A DNA stretch of 46,253 nucleotides, filler included, from Catajapyx aquilonaris (Eukaryota): assembly GCA_000934665.2 (NCBI GenBank). It is 2 parts of 2 records of this genome, joined end to end, with 100 filler letters (N's around TTAATTAATTAA, not from the genome) between each part and the next. Parts side by side here need not be neighbours in the genome. Positions count along the whole stretch, not along the records: positions 23,168 to 46,253 come from KZ539410.1; 1 more part is not named here. One strand, 5' to 3'. Shown piece by piece: positions 26,701 to 39,400 of the stretch (position 1 is the first letter of the stretch; each line of letters begins with the position of its first letter). Made by a program: the position numbers and the translations under genes. The notes beneath the pieces were generated by a model. It did no database searches. It was not told the origin of the DNA and was given only the letters and a program-made list of their open reading frames with translations.

Positions 26701-29521
26701 AGGTGTTACCGTGTAATTTAATTTAAATTTACGATCCTGTTAAGTGTAGCAGGGAATGGCCTAGGCGATGGAAGTGTCTTAAGCAGTATCCGAAACCTAT
26801 AAGCTGGGATAATGCACTTTTTATTTAATGCTAATTATCTCTGTAACTATATGGGTGGGAGGCCCATGTTGCATATACTCAAAGTGATCGCCTAGAACCC
26901 CTCTATCATTTCCCAAAGCGACGGTATATTAAATTTCCGAACCCTAGTGTACTGTATATTATATCTATGAAAGGGGTATAGTCGGCGCGTAAGCCTTGTC
27001 ATAATGAACAAGAAAGTGAAGCTAATATAAAGCGTGTAAAAAGACTTGCATGGAACTTACAATACGAAACCTCGTCGATTAAATGAGAAACAGTATCCCA
27101 TGTCGGTCGGGGCCAAGCTGAACATTTTGTTGCAGTCTGACAAGACTCCCAACCATAAACACTGCACAAACGTCTCATTGACTTGCGGCATCAGCTGTAA
27201 AGAGAAAAACTATTACTTGATGTTTAGTATAGTTTACCATCAGTTTGTTCACCAACCCACAACTTCCCTTGCTACATGGTTCGTCTCATGCACAGGACGA
27301 CCTCTATTACATACACATGTAACCTTAACAGGCAGTTATCTTCCGTAATGAACATGAAATCTCCAAAATAAACTAGTTTAATCTCGTCTTAAGTATAATA
27401 TTATCTCAAAGGACCCAGGTCTGAGAGCAAAGACTTAGCAGCAGGACGAAACAGTTCTAAATTAGCCTACTTCCATTGCCTAGCTTACAATATTAAATAG
27501 ATCCTGCAGAGGTCATTATACAGGATGTTTCTTTCTAGTATGCCGTCTGGCAAGCAGCGTACTCATTGACCCAAGACAAGACGAAAACATGGGGTGAGAA
27601 ATGTTGAGGGACCAACCGGTAAGGAGGTAGACGACCAGGCACACATTGGCCTGCCCCTAAACCTAGACACACCTTTCTGTAGGGAGATTTCCTGTCAGGT
27701 GGAACCCGCTCACCTTACCATAATATACTCTTAGGGAGCAGGATACAAGTGTTATAATCATTACTGAAGGTATATTGTGGGACGTTGCCTTTTTTGCAGT
27801 AGTGATTATCACGCTCATATCCTGCTCCCTGTGCAACTACATATGGCAGGGATATTCAACTGGCGGCCCGCGGTCCGGATCCGGACCGCGACGATTTTGT
27901 CCGGACCGCGACAATATACAGGACAGTTTGAAATAGCATGATAAATTACTAATTCATGATTGTTTTTTGGAACAGTGCTACCAATTTCATCAAATACACA
28001 CCTATTCAAATCTCCCACATTTCACCTAAGCTCGTGTGACCTTGAACCCCCCAAAATTTTCTCCCCGCCATTTACGGCTTGTTCACCTTGTGCTTGCGAA
28101 ATGGCCCCCCCTCCGAAATTCTTCTGCCTACGCCCCTAAAGGGCGAAAATGTCATATCCCCTGCCTTGATAGGCCCTTCTACCCTTGCTGCACATGCTTA
28201 TATTTTCGAATATGAACCCTGTGGTACCATATAAAATCTATATATTCCCCCCCCCCCCGGGGGGGGGGTGGTACGGACCTTCAGTGGCCCAGGGAAGGTA
28301 AATACTGGACCTTGTCAGAAACTAGTTGAATACCCCTGACATATGGTAAGGTGAGCGGGTTCACCTTTCAGGAGATCACCCCCTACAAATAGGTGTCGTG
28401 TGTGTTGCCGCGTGTGTTTAGGGGTAGTCCAATGTTTCTGGTCGTCTATTGTTCCCTTCGACATTTCTCCTCCGCCTCCTCCCTACATTTTCGCCCTGAT
28501 TTTGGCCAACGAGCACGCTGCCTGCCAGACGTAGTAGCCTAAGAGGCTAAGAAAATATATCCAGTATATACGTATTTCATGTAAGCACGCAACTCCTGAA
28601 TAACGGGCAGGCCAGTCAGAGTAGGGTTATTTTATAATACCGTATTTATACCGTGAACCTAAGATTACATTCTTCATTGATATGATTGTGTCGCTTCATT
28701 AACAGTACCTTTTCCATTTCTAATATTACTTGGGAAGAGTAGCTGTCGTAGATTTGTTCTAAATCATCCTTAAAGTCGGGATCTAAGGACTTAACAGAAT
28801 TAATTATATTTGATTTTGTCATAAGCATTGCAGTTAATTCAAAAAGGACCGGTATATCGTCTTCGGAAAGGCCCTCGTAGTGTCTGAAATGAAATATCAA
28901 TTATCAAGTTAGATTGTAAAATAAGATATGGTTGTAAAAATCTACAAATTAAGTGAAACAAAATGAAATTGCGACGAGCTAAACTATATAATGGTAATGA
29001 TTCTTTCACAATATATTATATGGAAGGCATTCTTACGGTTTGGATTTGAGATGTTCATCCCATCTGGATCGATCGATCCGATTTTCCGTGCATATTGTGA
29101 CTGCGGGAAATGGGACATTCCAAATTTCACGATGCGTGTTAAACGCGGTAATGTGAACTGCATCTGGGTAGTTCCACTGAATGTAATAGACCATTCCGAT
29201 TAAACCAAAAAATATAGCAGAGTAAGACAAGGTCCAAAACCTCCTGAAATTGTTGAAGTTTCTGAATGAGAAGTAACTGACTGTCATAATAAAATAATAA
29301 CTTAGATATATATAGACTTACTTCTCCATTACAGTGCCTCGACGCAGGTACTTCATACCGTGAAGAGACGACTTTTGCAAAAAGTTGTCAAAGTAATGAA
29401 AGCATCTGGTCCGTTTGCTTGGTGGTGCATTTTTTGTAGCATGTTCATTTCCTCGTTGCACGGCCCCTTGAGAGAACTCATTTGGTTTCTGAATATCCCA
29501 ACATATGCGTACTCCAGCCAT
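23788..29521 (-). CDS. DEG/ENaC (pickpocket-like) channel subunit 1, 10 exons, ~555 aa
   Basis: Exons 29521-29322, 29243-29037, 28883-28709, 27194-27061, 26157-25989, 25927-25651, 24645-24589, 24508-24313, 24111-24020, 23948-23788; phases consistent. Motifs SSLHGMKYL, TM1, FPAVTIC, TDMGYCFSFN, YTFDNCIFEC..CGCVP, CECPVYC, TM2 ADFGGIASLFIGFS..VE, C-terminal GYLP. Confidence 0.93.
26170..26340 (-). mobile_element. Truncated tRNA-derived SINE (family D)
   Basis: Minus strand GGTCCCGGGTTCGATCCCAAGCCCG..GTGCAGAGTT..CTCGAGCGGTATTT, related to 38206-38539. Confidence 0.65.
26513..26946. mobile_element. Tc1/mariner-like MITE, copy of 18934-19372
   Basis: TA|CAGGGTTAGG...CCGAACCCT termini; lies in intron 4 of ENaC gene 1. 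Confidence 0.85.
27521..28564. mobile_element. Long-TIR foldback MITE hosting a hAT MITE
   Basis: ~200-bp imperfect inverted arms (e.g. GAACCCGCTCACCTTACCATA / TATGGTAAGGTGAGCGGGTTC); TA flanks. Confidence 0.7.
27847..28338. mobile_element. hAT MITE
   Basis: TIRs CAGGGATATTCAACT / AGTTGAATACCCCTG; perfect 8-bp TSD ACATATGG. Confidence 0.9.
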
Positions 29522-30017
29522 ATCTGGCTAGTATCTCATTTTGCACTTCTTCTCTGCATTTAAATGTTCCGCTTGCATATGCATTCTATTGGCTAATAAT
29601 AACCTTAGAACAAATGAGTTGCTAACAATAATATTTGAAAATGCACGTCAATTCGTGCAATTATAAATAATACAAACTGCAAATAATCTTGTCACATCAA
29701 TGTGCTTACCCACACTGTAGGCATCTAGGGAGTTAGCCTAATACATCGCAAATGCCATAGTCTCCTTGAATGTCTTTTAATGATGCATGGGTCCTGTACA
29801 GTAGGCTACCTATGACAAGGGGTGTGTAAGTGTATTGATACTGTATTGCGAAGTAGGATATATTTAAATAAGAAGGCTTTGCAATTTGCATGCGTCACGT
29901 GTTCGTGCCAGAGCTTATGTAAGCCTATGTAGACATGTACTTGTACAGTAACATAGAACACATCGATTTCTTGGTATGTGACGAAAGTGGTAGGCCAGTA
30001 ATGAAGTGTCCTTACTG

Positions 30018-30200
30018 GTGGAGGCGGAATGACGCAATGGTAACACCCGTGCCCAAAGATACAGGTCCCGGGATTGATCCCAAAACCCGGGTTTCTCTTT
30101 CTCATCTCGTGCGGAGCTTTGGCTTCGCCTCGGGTGGGAACCACCCAGGGAAACACACTAAAATGTCCTAAAACGGACTTTCCTTTCAAAAAAACAGAAG
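30018..30200 (+). mobile_element. Degenerate tRNA-derived SINE (family D)
   Basis: GGAGGCGGAATGACGCAATGGTAAC..GGTCCCGGGATTGATCCC..CATCTCGTGC..GGCTTCG..CACTAAAATG, matching 38206-38539. Confidence 0.65.
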
Positions 30201-30267
30201 AAAATCCGGGGAAATTCTTTACCAATGTTATACGCAGGCTTTGACTATATAAGTGTTTTATATTTAA

Positions 30268-30553
30268 CCCTGGAACCGTGACGTGGGGTCTTTTAGGACC
30301 CCAGAGGAATATTAAAATGCATTAAAATTACAATTACAATGAACTGTTTGCCATTTTTTAAAGTATATAACAGGAAGTGCATGTTTATTTTCAATTAGCG
30401 ATCATTTTAGGCATTGTTCAAAGAATTATTGCATATAGGCAATACATTGAAAAGTATTATATAAAAATTAATAAAAATTAAAATATGGCATGGGGTCCTA
30501 AAAAACCCCACAGCACGGTTAACGTAACTTTCAAGCACGTCACGGTTCCAGGG
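30268..30553. mobile_element. piggyBac-like MITE
   Basis: TTAA|CCCTGGAACCGTGACGT...ACGTCACGGTTCCAGGG|TCAA, with subterminal TGGGGTC..TA..A.CCCA repeats. Confidence 0.85.
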
Positions 30554-30798
30554 TCAATTACATTAACTTATTTATGACTTACAAGTGGAGTAAAAATAAT
30601 ATATTATGAAGATGTTAATTTTATTCCCACGTTGTGAAGGTATGGGAAGTGCACTTATAACATTTGACTAATAAAAAGTAAAATTTTAACGCATGCAAAA
30701 GAATGCAGAAAGTAAATTATGGCTGGAAAATAGCAACTTTAGTAACCATCATCAATTTGATCCTTTAACAAATAAATATTGACCCATAATATACCGTA

Positions 30799-30952
30799 CA
30801 AGGGGTTAATCACTCTACTGTAAAGTGTACTGCACTGGAGTGCCAAATTCAAGGAGTACCATGGAGAACGAAAGAGTAAAGTACCTAAGGAGTACCTGGG
30901 ATTCAGTACCACTGCAGGTGTACACCGGAGTACCGAAGTGGTTAACCCCTTG
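30799..30952. mobile_element. Small TIR element with GGAGTACC repeats
   Basis: TIRs CAAGGGGTTAATCACT / AGTGGTTAACCCCTTG. Confidence 0.7.
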
Positions 30953-31263
30953 ATACCGTATATTATATACTTAGTTAGCGTAATCGCTGCGTTCTGCAAA
31001 AAAATTATGTAATAGCCTACACAAGTTTCCGCTATATCAGACAACACTAAATAGTCTGTACGTTTCGAAATTTTCGAATGAATAGGGCTGGTACTATAAT
31101 CTTTTTCAGGAATTCATTTGTTTATTGAAATGCCCAAATAAAAGTACTGTTACTGTTACGTACAGTAGGCTATACATATGCATTTGGGCTATATAATCGC
31201 TTATGGAAGTCTCAATACCGCAATACGTATCAATTGCATGCAGCTGCTCTTAACCGCAAGCAA

Positions 31264-31624
31264 TTTTTTTACGTTACCCCGTGATAAGGTGGAGCCTTTT
31301 AGGGGGGTGGAATACCACCATTTCACTCAATTTTTCTAGATTTTAACTTCATTCACCGGTGCAAGGAGTGAGGGATGTAGGGTACCGGTAGGGATTTTTG
31401 GGGAGGGAACATAGGTGCAACGTGCAAGTGCAAGGTCTGTAAAGGGGTGATGTGGGTGATGTGCTGTTCCCCAGGAGGTTAGGTTGCCAGACACCTCCTT
31501 GGTATATACAGGTGAGAGACCCTCCTGACGCAGGTGAAAGGAAAGCTCCCCAGGCGGGGATCGAACCTGGGGCCTTTCACTCAGCAAGCAGAGACGTTAC
31601 CATCTCGCCCATCTACACCTTCCC
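31264..31624 (-). mobile_element. tRNA-derived SINE (family C)
   Basis: Minus-strand B-box GGTTCGATCCC; body CCTGCGTCAGGAGGGTCTCT..CAACCTAACCTCCTGGGGAACAGCAC; A-tail; 12-bp TSD AACCGCAAGCAA at 31252-31263 and 31625-31636. Confidence 0.9.
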
Positions 31625-32512
31625 AACCGCAAGCAAATTCAAATTGCCAAGTTCAATACGCACCATGCTTATAAAATGCTTAAAATGCTTGTTAAATGAT
31701 GTGTCGGCACACTGCATGAATATAAGTTATCTGGGACGATAATTTATTACGGACCCCAGATACCTTACTGATTGCATTAGGATTGACACACTTTCGTATG
31801 TAGATCATTTATCGTTGAGAGGATGGGCGTCTTTTTGATCATTCTTCTTAGTAGGACAGTTGTGTTGTCGTGTGACACGAATGCTCTTCGTCCTTCCGTG
31901 AAAATATGATATATATTCCTTGAACCTGGGCTGATATCAGAGCAGCGCTTTGTTACATATTTCATCCGCATGTTATTTACCTTTACCCCGAAGGACAAGG
32001 GAAATCGATTGATGACTGACTTTCTCAAGCGATACATCTTGTTAACTCCTTTAATAGCCGGACTTTTTAGCAGGCTCTAACAAGAGTTCAGGTTATGGTT
32101 GTTATTAGGATGATCAGGATATACATAGGCTATGTATTTTGAAGGGAAGTACTTTCCGTCACTATGGAATAAAAGACAGCATACTCGTATGCCTAGTTAT
32201 TATTAAAGAATTTTATTGATTCTCGTGCCCAGAGATGAATAACTCGGGATTTAGAGTCAAAAAATATTTACAGTGAAGACGTACACAAATAAATATATTT
32301 TAACATAGTGTTATTGCCATCTTACAGTGCATGGATGTCATATTTTTTTGGTTCAAGATTCTTAATTGAGGATAAATAAATAAATAATCCACCCTTGCAA
32401 TTGGAGGCAAAAGAGTCAACAATGTATTGGTAATACACCAATATTCATATTATGCGATGTGCATAAGTGTTGAATAATTAATTAGCTGATCGTTGCTATT
32501 TTCATTCGGTTA

Positions 32513-35500
32513 TTATGGCAAGTAGCCTGGATAGCCTCTTTTATTATATGTTTTATACAGCTGAGTTCGGACAGCACGGTGCTGGGATTCTTGCTGAATT
32601 ACATGAACCTTGTTCTCCGATCTATTTGAGAACCACTTTTTAAATATGGGAGACCATATGAAAAAGTAAATTATCTCGAAGAAACTGATGATGCTGAACC
32701 CAATAAAGAGGCTAGTGATTCCTCCAAAGTCAGCTGAGGGAATGAATCGCACTTTAGCCAGAAAATTTTAATGTCGATAAAATATCAAAGCTTCAGGTTT
32801 TCTTACCCACGACATTGTGCCAGGTGTACAGCACATTGCGTTGGTACTGCATATATGTGAAGTCCTTGAAGGCAAAGCGAAGCCTGGTCAAATCATCTCT
32901 GAAAAATATTTATTAATATTTATCAAAATAATGTAACTTACCTCTATATGACATGTGTTATAATAATATAAGTTACCGGTGTACTGTATTGTGTACTATC
33001 GGGTTCAAGTACTTTTGGCCACTTTATCCTGGGCTTGAAGCAACCCTTCGCACAGAACCCACGTTAAGGAGGTGTGTGTGTGTGTGAAGGGTTGCTTCAA
33101 GACTAGGATAAAGTGGCCAAAAGTTTTTGAACCCAATAGTACAGTGCATGTGTGTACAGTACATAGCCTACCGTTCGTCCTTAGGGACACTATTTCGCAG
33201 AGATGAGGTTTCTGGTAGATTGTAAATGGGTTGCGTTACTTCGGCACTGTACTCGGTTGCGACGCACGGTCTCGGGCAGTCGCAAGTCATTCCTGGTCTG
33301 GTTTTATTTGCACCATCGTTTATTGGCATCTTTGGATCGATGGTGTGAAAATATGCTGGAATAACATTTATTTCATCTTGAATTATGATGGAAACATTGG
33401 AAAGTAATTCCATGTTCACATGCTCACGTGGTCTTGGCAGAAGAGTGAAATATACAAAGTTATTTCATAACGATTCAAGCTGAATGTTAAAGCGAGTTCC
33501 CGGGGTGCGAAGGCAAAATGACATATCTCCAGAAGTGATCCTCTGGTATACCCAGGAACTCACTTAATTTACAACTTAGTTTACATAATTATAATTATAC
33601 TGTATAGAGTGAGAGGTGAGAAAATTCAAACGTTGGCGGAGTCACACAGAACATAATTATCTCTGTGTGTCTTGAGGGGATGTAGGTGCCCTGATTATAC
33701 TGTATGTTGGGGGAATTTCTCCTAATGTATATTACGGGGTAGGTGTTAAACCATAATGCATCCATTCACAACAAAGAATATTACTTACTTCTGTTACTAA
33801 TGATGCACCGCAAATGAGTAAAGTTGCAAAGACGTCTTGGCTCATCTGAAAAGTAAGACATGTGATTATTCTGGCAGCAGGCCTTACGGTACCCGTACTA
33901 TAAATATTTGTATCACTTTCCTTACCTGCCCATGTAATAACTTATATGCAGCTCGAATTTTACCTCGCCCACCAGAAAAGCTGGATAAAGTTTATTTAGT
34001 TTATTGGTTCGCTTGTGCTCGATTACTAATGAAACATGGGCATCATAATTATACTGTATAGACGAACCAACATTTTTGTGGTTGAGGTGAACCTAGACGA
34101 AGTCCTACCTAATCAGATAGTGGTTGTCACGTGTTCCCTCCTTTTGCCTGTAGTATTGGGTCTCACGATTTTGCGTAACTCTGGAATTTTTCCCTATACT
34201 TATTGTGGGTTCATTTTGGCTGCGATTTTCTTAAGGAGTGCAGTTCAGTTCTGTAAGAGAGTCAGCTGCTGAGTATTCCATGGAGATTCTGCCTTTCATT
34301 TTCTCCTTTGTTGCAGTCCTTTTTATTTGTTGAGAATTGAAATTTGGTTATGTGAAAATTTTGTGCGAAAGCGAGATAAATGTTGTTACATGTTGCCTGT
34401 TCGTTGCACGCACTTTTATTTGTATCCAAGTTCCATTGCTTGTGTGTGCGTGTGGTGTGAAGGCATACGACTAAACTCGCCACAGAGCGATGCTAGCTAG
34501 GTATGTGCTGATTATTTTGGATCTGGTAATTAATGTGATTATTTACAGATTACAGAAAATGAATTACTTATTTATTGAAGCATGCTGATATTTTGACTTT
34601 GTCCTCTTCCTGGTTTGGAAATTTGTCTGTCAAGTATAGTTGATTATCATTTAAGGTGAAGTGGGGTAAGTGCATACACGGGGTAAGTGCATAAACTGGC
34701 CGCCATATTGGAATGAAAATGGCTGACATGCTCACCTCTTGTGGGGATGTGATGTGCAGCTACACAAAAGAGTGCCTGACGTGTTTTGGTGTCGTCAGCC
34801 ATTTTCATTCCAATATGGCGGCCCCGTGTATGCACTTACCCCGTGTATGCACTTACCCCACTTCACCTTACTTATTTTTGTTTCTTAAAGCTTTTCTGTA
34901 TTATGTATTGCTGTTTTTGGTTTCCTAAGATGCTGTGACTGTGTGCAGCTTTTTTACATTATAATATGAGGTAAGTGTACCAGTGGTCGACAGTGGCTCA
35001 GTGGTCAACACCGGATGAGACTTGGAACCTAAATAACAAGGGAACGCGGCAATATTGAGTGGAAATGAGACACCTGGCATCATTATTTTCACATCCCTTT
35101 GGGGCTGACTGATCACCACATATTTACCATTCACGTCCTAATTAGTGAATGAGAAGCGTGTGAACACATCAACACTGATTTTTGCCTTGAAATGGTGCTT
35201 TTCTTAGCGGATTCGCTAAGAGACACGTAGAAAGTAAAACCTTGCATATAAATAAGTGGAAGTGTGACTTCGGGTTTTTGACGTGGATACGTCTTTAAAA
35301 TCGGATCAGGGGGCATGCAGGCAAACTCGAGCGTTACAGAAAAGCGTGAATGGTGTCGATTACTGGAACAGTAATCATTTTGGCTGTCGATTACTGGTGA
35401 ATTTGCACACTTGCATATACAAAATCTTGACGCAAAATTAACCTGTTTAATGTGGCACGAATATGCACTGGATGAAAGAGCAAGTATCGACGATTCGAAC

Positions 35501-38500
35501 GATATTTTTTCCGAGGATTTCTTAAACTAATTCCCATGGAAAGAGTGTCCGACGTGAATTATTTCCCTTAAAGTGTCGACCACTGGGATACTTACCTTAT
35601 ATGAATTATACACCATACATAACCTCAGATGAAGGAGTATGCGCATATGATTTAAGTTTGTGTGGCGTAGTCTCAGCACAATATTATTACGGACCTTTCA
35701 CGTGCTTCTTTTTGGGAGAGTGACCTCCTCCTTTGATAGTTCCGAGAGTACAGTGCATGAATGGAATGAATTCCCAATAACACTGGTCTATTTTGGGGTC
35801 AACCTTCCCTGCTTTTCTCTTCTTACTAATGGCATTATTTAATTAGCTGGTATCTTTGTCATCCAGTCACATGACAGTGGTTCAGGTCTGGAACAAGAAC
35901 AACCAACCAAACCCTGTTGTTGATTCGTCTGAATTAGGACATGATTTTTTTTTTAAATCTATTCTATTCGGAATAATTTAGATACCCAGTATACGTCGTC
36001 TAACAGTATATTTAAAAATATGGGATGGGACATCCTTTTACGTGACTTTTGTGACTCAACTTACGAAGAAATACGTAGTGTAGAGGTATGCAGTGGCATA
36101 ATCTCCTCATGGTGTTTCTTCGACATGCCAGGATGCAATTGTCGTAAGTGTACAATTTGCTGAAGTCTTGCTTTGTGTCGTCTCCTTTGATGCTGCAACC
36201 TCTCCTGCTGTGCTTCATATCCCTGACCACTTGCGCGGGTGTATTGGACGTTGCCGAAATGGCCACTACTGCATAGCGCTTCTTACCCACTGGTATACCC
36301 TTTTCAGCGGCCAGTGGGATGCTGTTCGGGCTGTGAATGACTATCTGGAATGGAATTTTTCTGCAAATGATTTTCATAACCAAATTCAAAAGGCTTAATT
36401 TTGTTACTTAGGGCGGACAAGTCTCACATTTTCTGCCAGAAAATTGCATGGTTTCCGTATGGCTATTACAGGAAAATAAACCAATAATTTCTAACGACAA
36501 AAAGGGACACGAAATTAATGAGCCCAACATTTATGCTGTGGTTAAATTGATAAACCTGGGCACTAAATGCAGCTAATTAATAAACATGCTTTGTGAGACT
36601 TAATACTGCCATATGTTGATGTGTCTTATGCGACATTTTTTTCAGGAGCAGCAGTGCGACAGACCTTGAATCCTTGAAAGTTTTCCGCTGGAGCGAAGTA
36701 TTCCTTGGTCCTCGCATGTACGGTGACGGCCATCCCTGCTACGAACCCTGCCGTGTTGACGTTCCAAGCCTTTTTGGTGGCGTTAGCCAAGAAGTCTTGG
36801 ATCAACTGCTTTTGGTGAGCCGTCCTGTTCTTTGTCCTTGAAATTTTCCGGGACTTTCTGAATTATTGGGTTAAATATGAAGGATTTTCAGTGACAGCTT
36901 ACTTAGATAGCCATCTGCTGTTGAATGAAAAGCAGTAACCACTGTCGGTGAGAGAGAGGTCGAATAGGTCGGCGCATTTCACCTTGTTGCCCATCCACAT
37001 ACAGCTCATAAAAGTCGATTTCACAGTCGGAATCATCTGCAAAAGTACCGTAAGTGCCGTGAACGCATAATCAATATATTTTATTTCTGGTTAAATTTTA
37101 TTTTAAGAAAACCGTAGTTGGTACTTGCCGAATACCATGCTGTCAGAGCCTTGCGAGAATAGTTTGCATATATGTCCTCCATCATGTCCAGGTCTTCCTT
37201 GGATACGCGATCTACTAATAAGGGACTTCTTGTAGATAAATAGGCCGTGATTTTAAATAGCAACTCTCGCTGTCTTTCAGTCAGGTTGCTGTATTCCCTG
37301 AAATAACGAATGATTTCTTGAAACAAATACCCACTTAAGTTTTAACATAGAGATAGAAAGGGTCAGTGATCTAAACTAGCCACTTTGCGGTGGTTATCGT
37401 AATGCTGGAGTTACTTGATAATGAGGGTCGGCAAAATAACGGCAATTGTGACTATTTTACGCAACTGAGCTCCTGCTTACGAAGACTTACGAACTTGGGT
37501 AATGGTGTTAGGGCTACTTGATGCCTATGTTACGTACCAAGTAGTACATTATGCAGTATAGTATAAGGTAAGTTGTTAGCTGTGGGGGCTGCTGATTCGT
37601 AATTACTAAATTAAAGAGTCGGCCATGAATAAAGCACCTACTGCTAACGCTGATATGAATTATTAGCAACGAATTTTTATTGATTATTGGAAGAAATAAC
37701 GTGACCATGGCAAGGATAAAATCTCCACTCATACGTTATCCTCAGTGTTGAAACTGGACCTCAAGTGTGATAATGACCATTCATTTTTTGCGGACATGGC
37801 AACAACTTAAAGGAGCATTAACTTGTTAAATTATCTGCGGATAAATAGTGTTTATATTACCCTTTCATATCAGTAGTCTATATCAAGTCCAGATATCTGA
37901 AGATGATAGTAATGAGAAAGTCTGACAACAAGCATCATATTAAAAGTTAATTTGCGACACTACTACAAGTAGTGGCCAGATTATGGGCACCAGGTCGCGA
38001 ATCAGGCCAAACTCTATCTTGCCAATGGCGCAAAGGCAAAAGCACTTCCACCATAAATATTTAAAATCTTCTCTGATCTTGATCAAGGAGACAGTTTCAA
38101 CTTCCAAATAATAATAAAATAATCCGTATGACAGTGTGACAATTTTTGTTACATAATGTGGCTCCATTAGTTCCATGCCTAAAATATTTCATTGTCTAAA
38201 ATATAATAATAATCCGGGTAGTGCTTGACCTCATCAGAGGTATATAGCACGGACCTTTATTTATGTCTCGTACATATATTGGAACCTTTATACGTAACGC
38301 CCGGGCCCACGGGCAGGATGACAGGAGGGGATGTGCAAAGTGCAGTCAATGTCTTTATGTGGCCATTTTTAGTGAACTCCCCCGGGTGGTTTAGTCTGTA
38401 GGAAATACCACCCGAGACGAAGCCAGAGGTGACCCAATGAACTCTGCACGAGATGAAGGGGGTGTCCCCGGGCTGGGATCGAACCCGGGACCTTAACATC

Positions 38501-39400
38501 CGTGGGCGCATACGTTACCGCAGCACCACTCCGCCTCCCTTTCATTGTCTAAAATATAGTCTATGTTACATTAAATTAAATCCACAATGTTGGTGATAGT
38601 AGGCCCATATTTATGCAATTTGGATTTTCATTGGTTTAATTGGTATCTTCTGTACATTAACGCTTGGCATAACACAAATGGTAACTTACGTACGGTGCTC
38701 GGCCATGTAAGCTTCATATTTTGACTTTTCGATTTTGTTGACATTGCATATGGTAATTGCTGGGAAGTCAACGTTCCAGATTGGGTTGTGTGTGTCTGCT
38801 ACGGCGATGAATACCTGTTTAGGGTAGCCTTGTTGCATAAGGACAAGAACATAAATCAGTGCTACCATTACCACCAGGTAGCAGAACTTCCACAGCATCC
38901 TGAATACGACAGAATACGATAGTGTTAGCGGTCTTGTATACGTGGAGTGAGGCGCTTGGTTTTTATTAGACAGAAAAATCGAGTAAGAATTATTATTGTA
39001 GTCATAATACTCAAGGTAATGGGAAGTACTAAAACCAATGCAATACCAAGAGAAGGTTGTATTACCTGTCAAATCGTGGTCCTCTGCTGAGATACTTAGC
39101 TCCATGAAGTGATGTTTGCTGTAGAAAATTGTGTACGTAGTACCAGTAATTGGAGCTGTCAGTACATTCCTCCTCTTTCTCTCGGAATAAATTCCCCTTG
39201 ATGACTTCCGGAACATTCTTATTGGGCAAGGGCCTTACCCTCCGCCAGCTGTCCTCGAGATTCATGGCTGACCTCCTGGGATTGTGATTTTTCCGGAAAT
39301 CTAGTAAGAATCGATTCCCGATCAGCTGGAGGCATGTTTTGACATGTGTCTCCTTGCCCCTGGTCGTGGTTTCTATTCTTCTTCCCAACGATTGACCCAT
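32513..39400 (-). CDS. DEG/ENaC (pickpocket-like) channel subunit 2, 10 exons, ~624 aa
   Basis: Exons 39400-39066, 38899-38690, 37297-37129 (GC donor), 37036-36903, 36857-36665, 36344-36065, 33845-33789, 33355-33172, 32898-32807, 32733-32513. Motifs TSLHGAKYL, FPAITICN, TDSGYCFSFN, YTYDNCILAC..CHCIP, CDCPRPC, ADFGGITSLFIGFS..FE, GYLP. The start ATG could be a downstream one. Confidence 0.92.
32996..33139. mobile_element. Tc1/mariner-like MITE, copy of 17100-17249
   Basis: TA|CTATCGGGTTCAA...TTGAACCCAATAG|TA. Confidence 0.85.
34654..34868. mobile_element. pogo-like MITE
   Basis: TA|AGGTGAAGTGGGGTAAGTGCATAC...GTATGCACTTACCCCACTTCACCT|TA; ~75-bp TIRs with internal repeats. Confidence 0.85.
34969..35597. 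mobile_element. pogo-like non-autonomous element
   Basis: TIRs AGGTAAGTGTACCAGTGGTCGACA / TGTCGACCACTGGGATACTTACCT. Confidence 0.75.
38206..38539 (-). mobile_element. Full-length tRNA-derived SINE (family D)
   Basis: GGGAGGCGGAGTGGTGCTGCGGTAAC..GGTTCGATCCC head; (ATT)n tail; 19-bp TSD TTTCATTGTCTAAAATATA at 38187-38205 and 38540-38558. Confidence 0.92.

Noticed and set aside
35590..35680. Candidate ENaC exon ending in AG|GTAAGT
   Set aside because: The GTAAGT is part of a MITE TIR; the homologous exon 7 is at 33845-33789.
38215..38255. Hammerhead ribozyme (CTGATGAG on the minus strand)
   Set aside because: No GAAA core or compatible helices; it forms the SINE 3' stem-loop.
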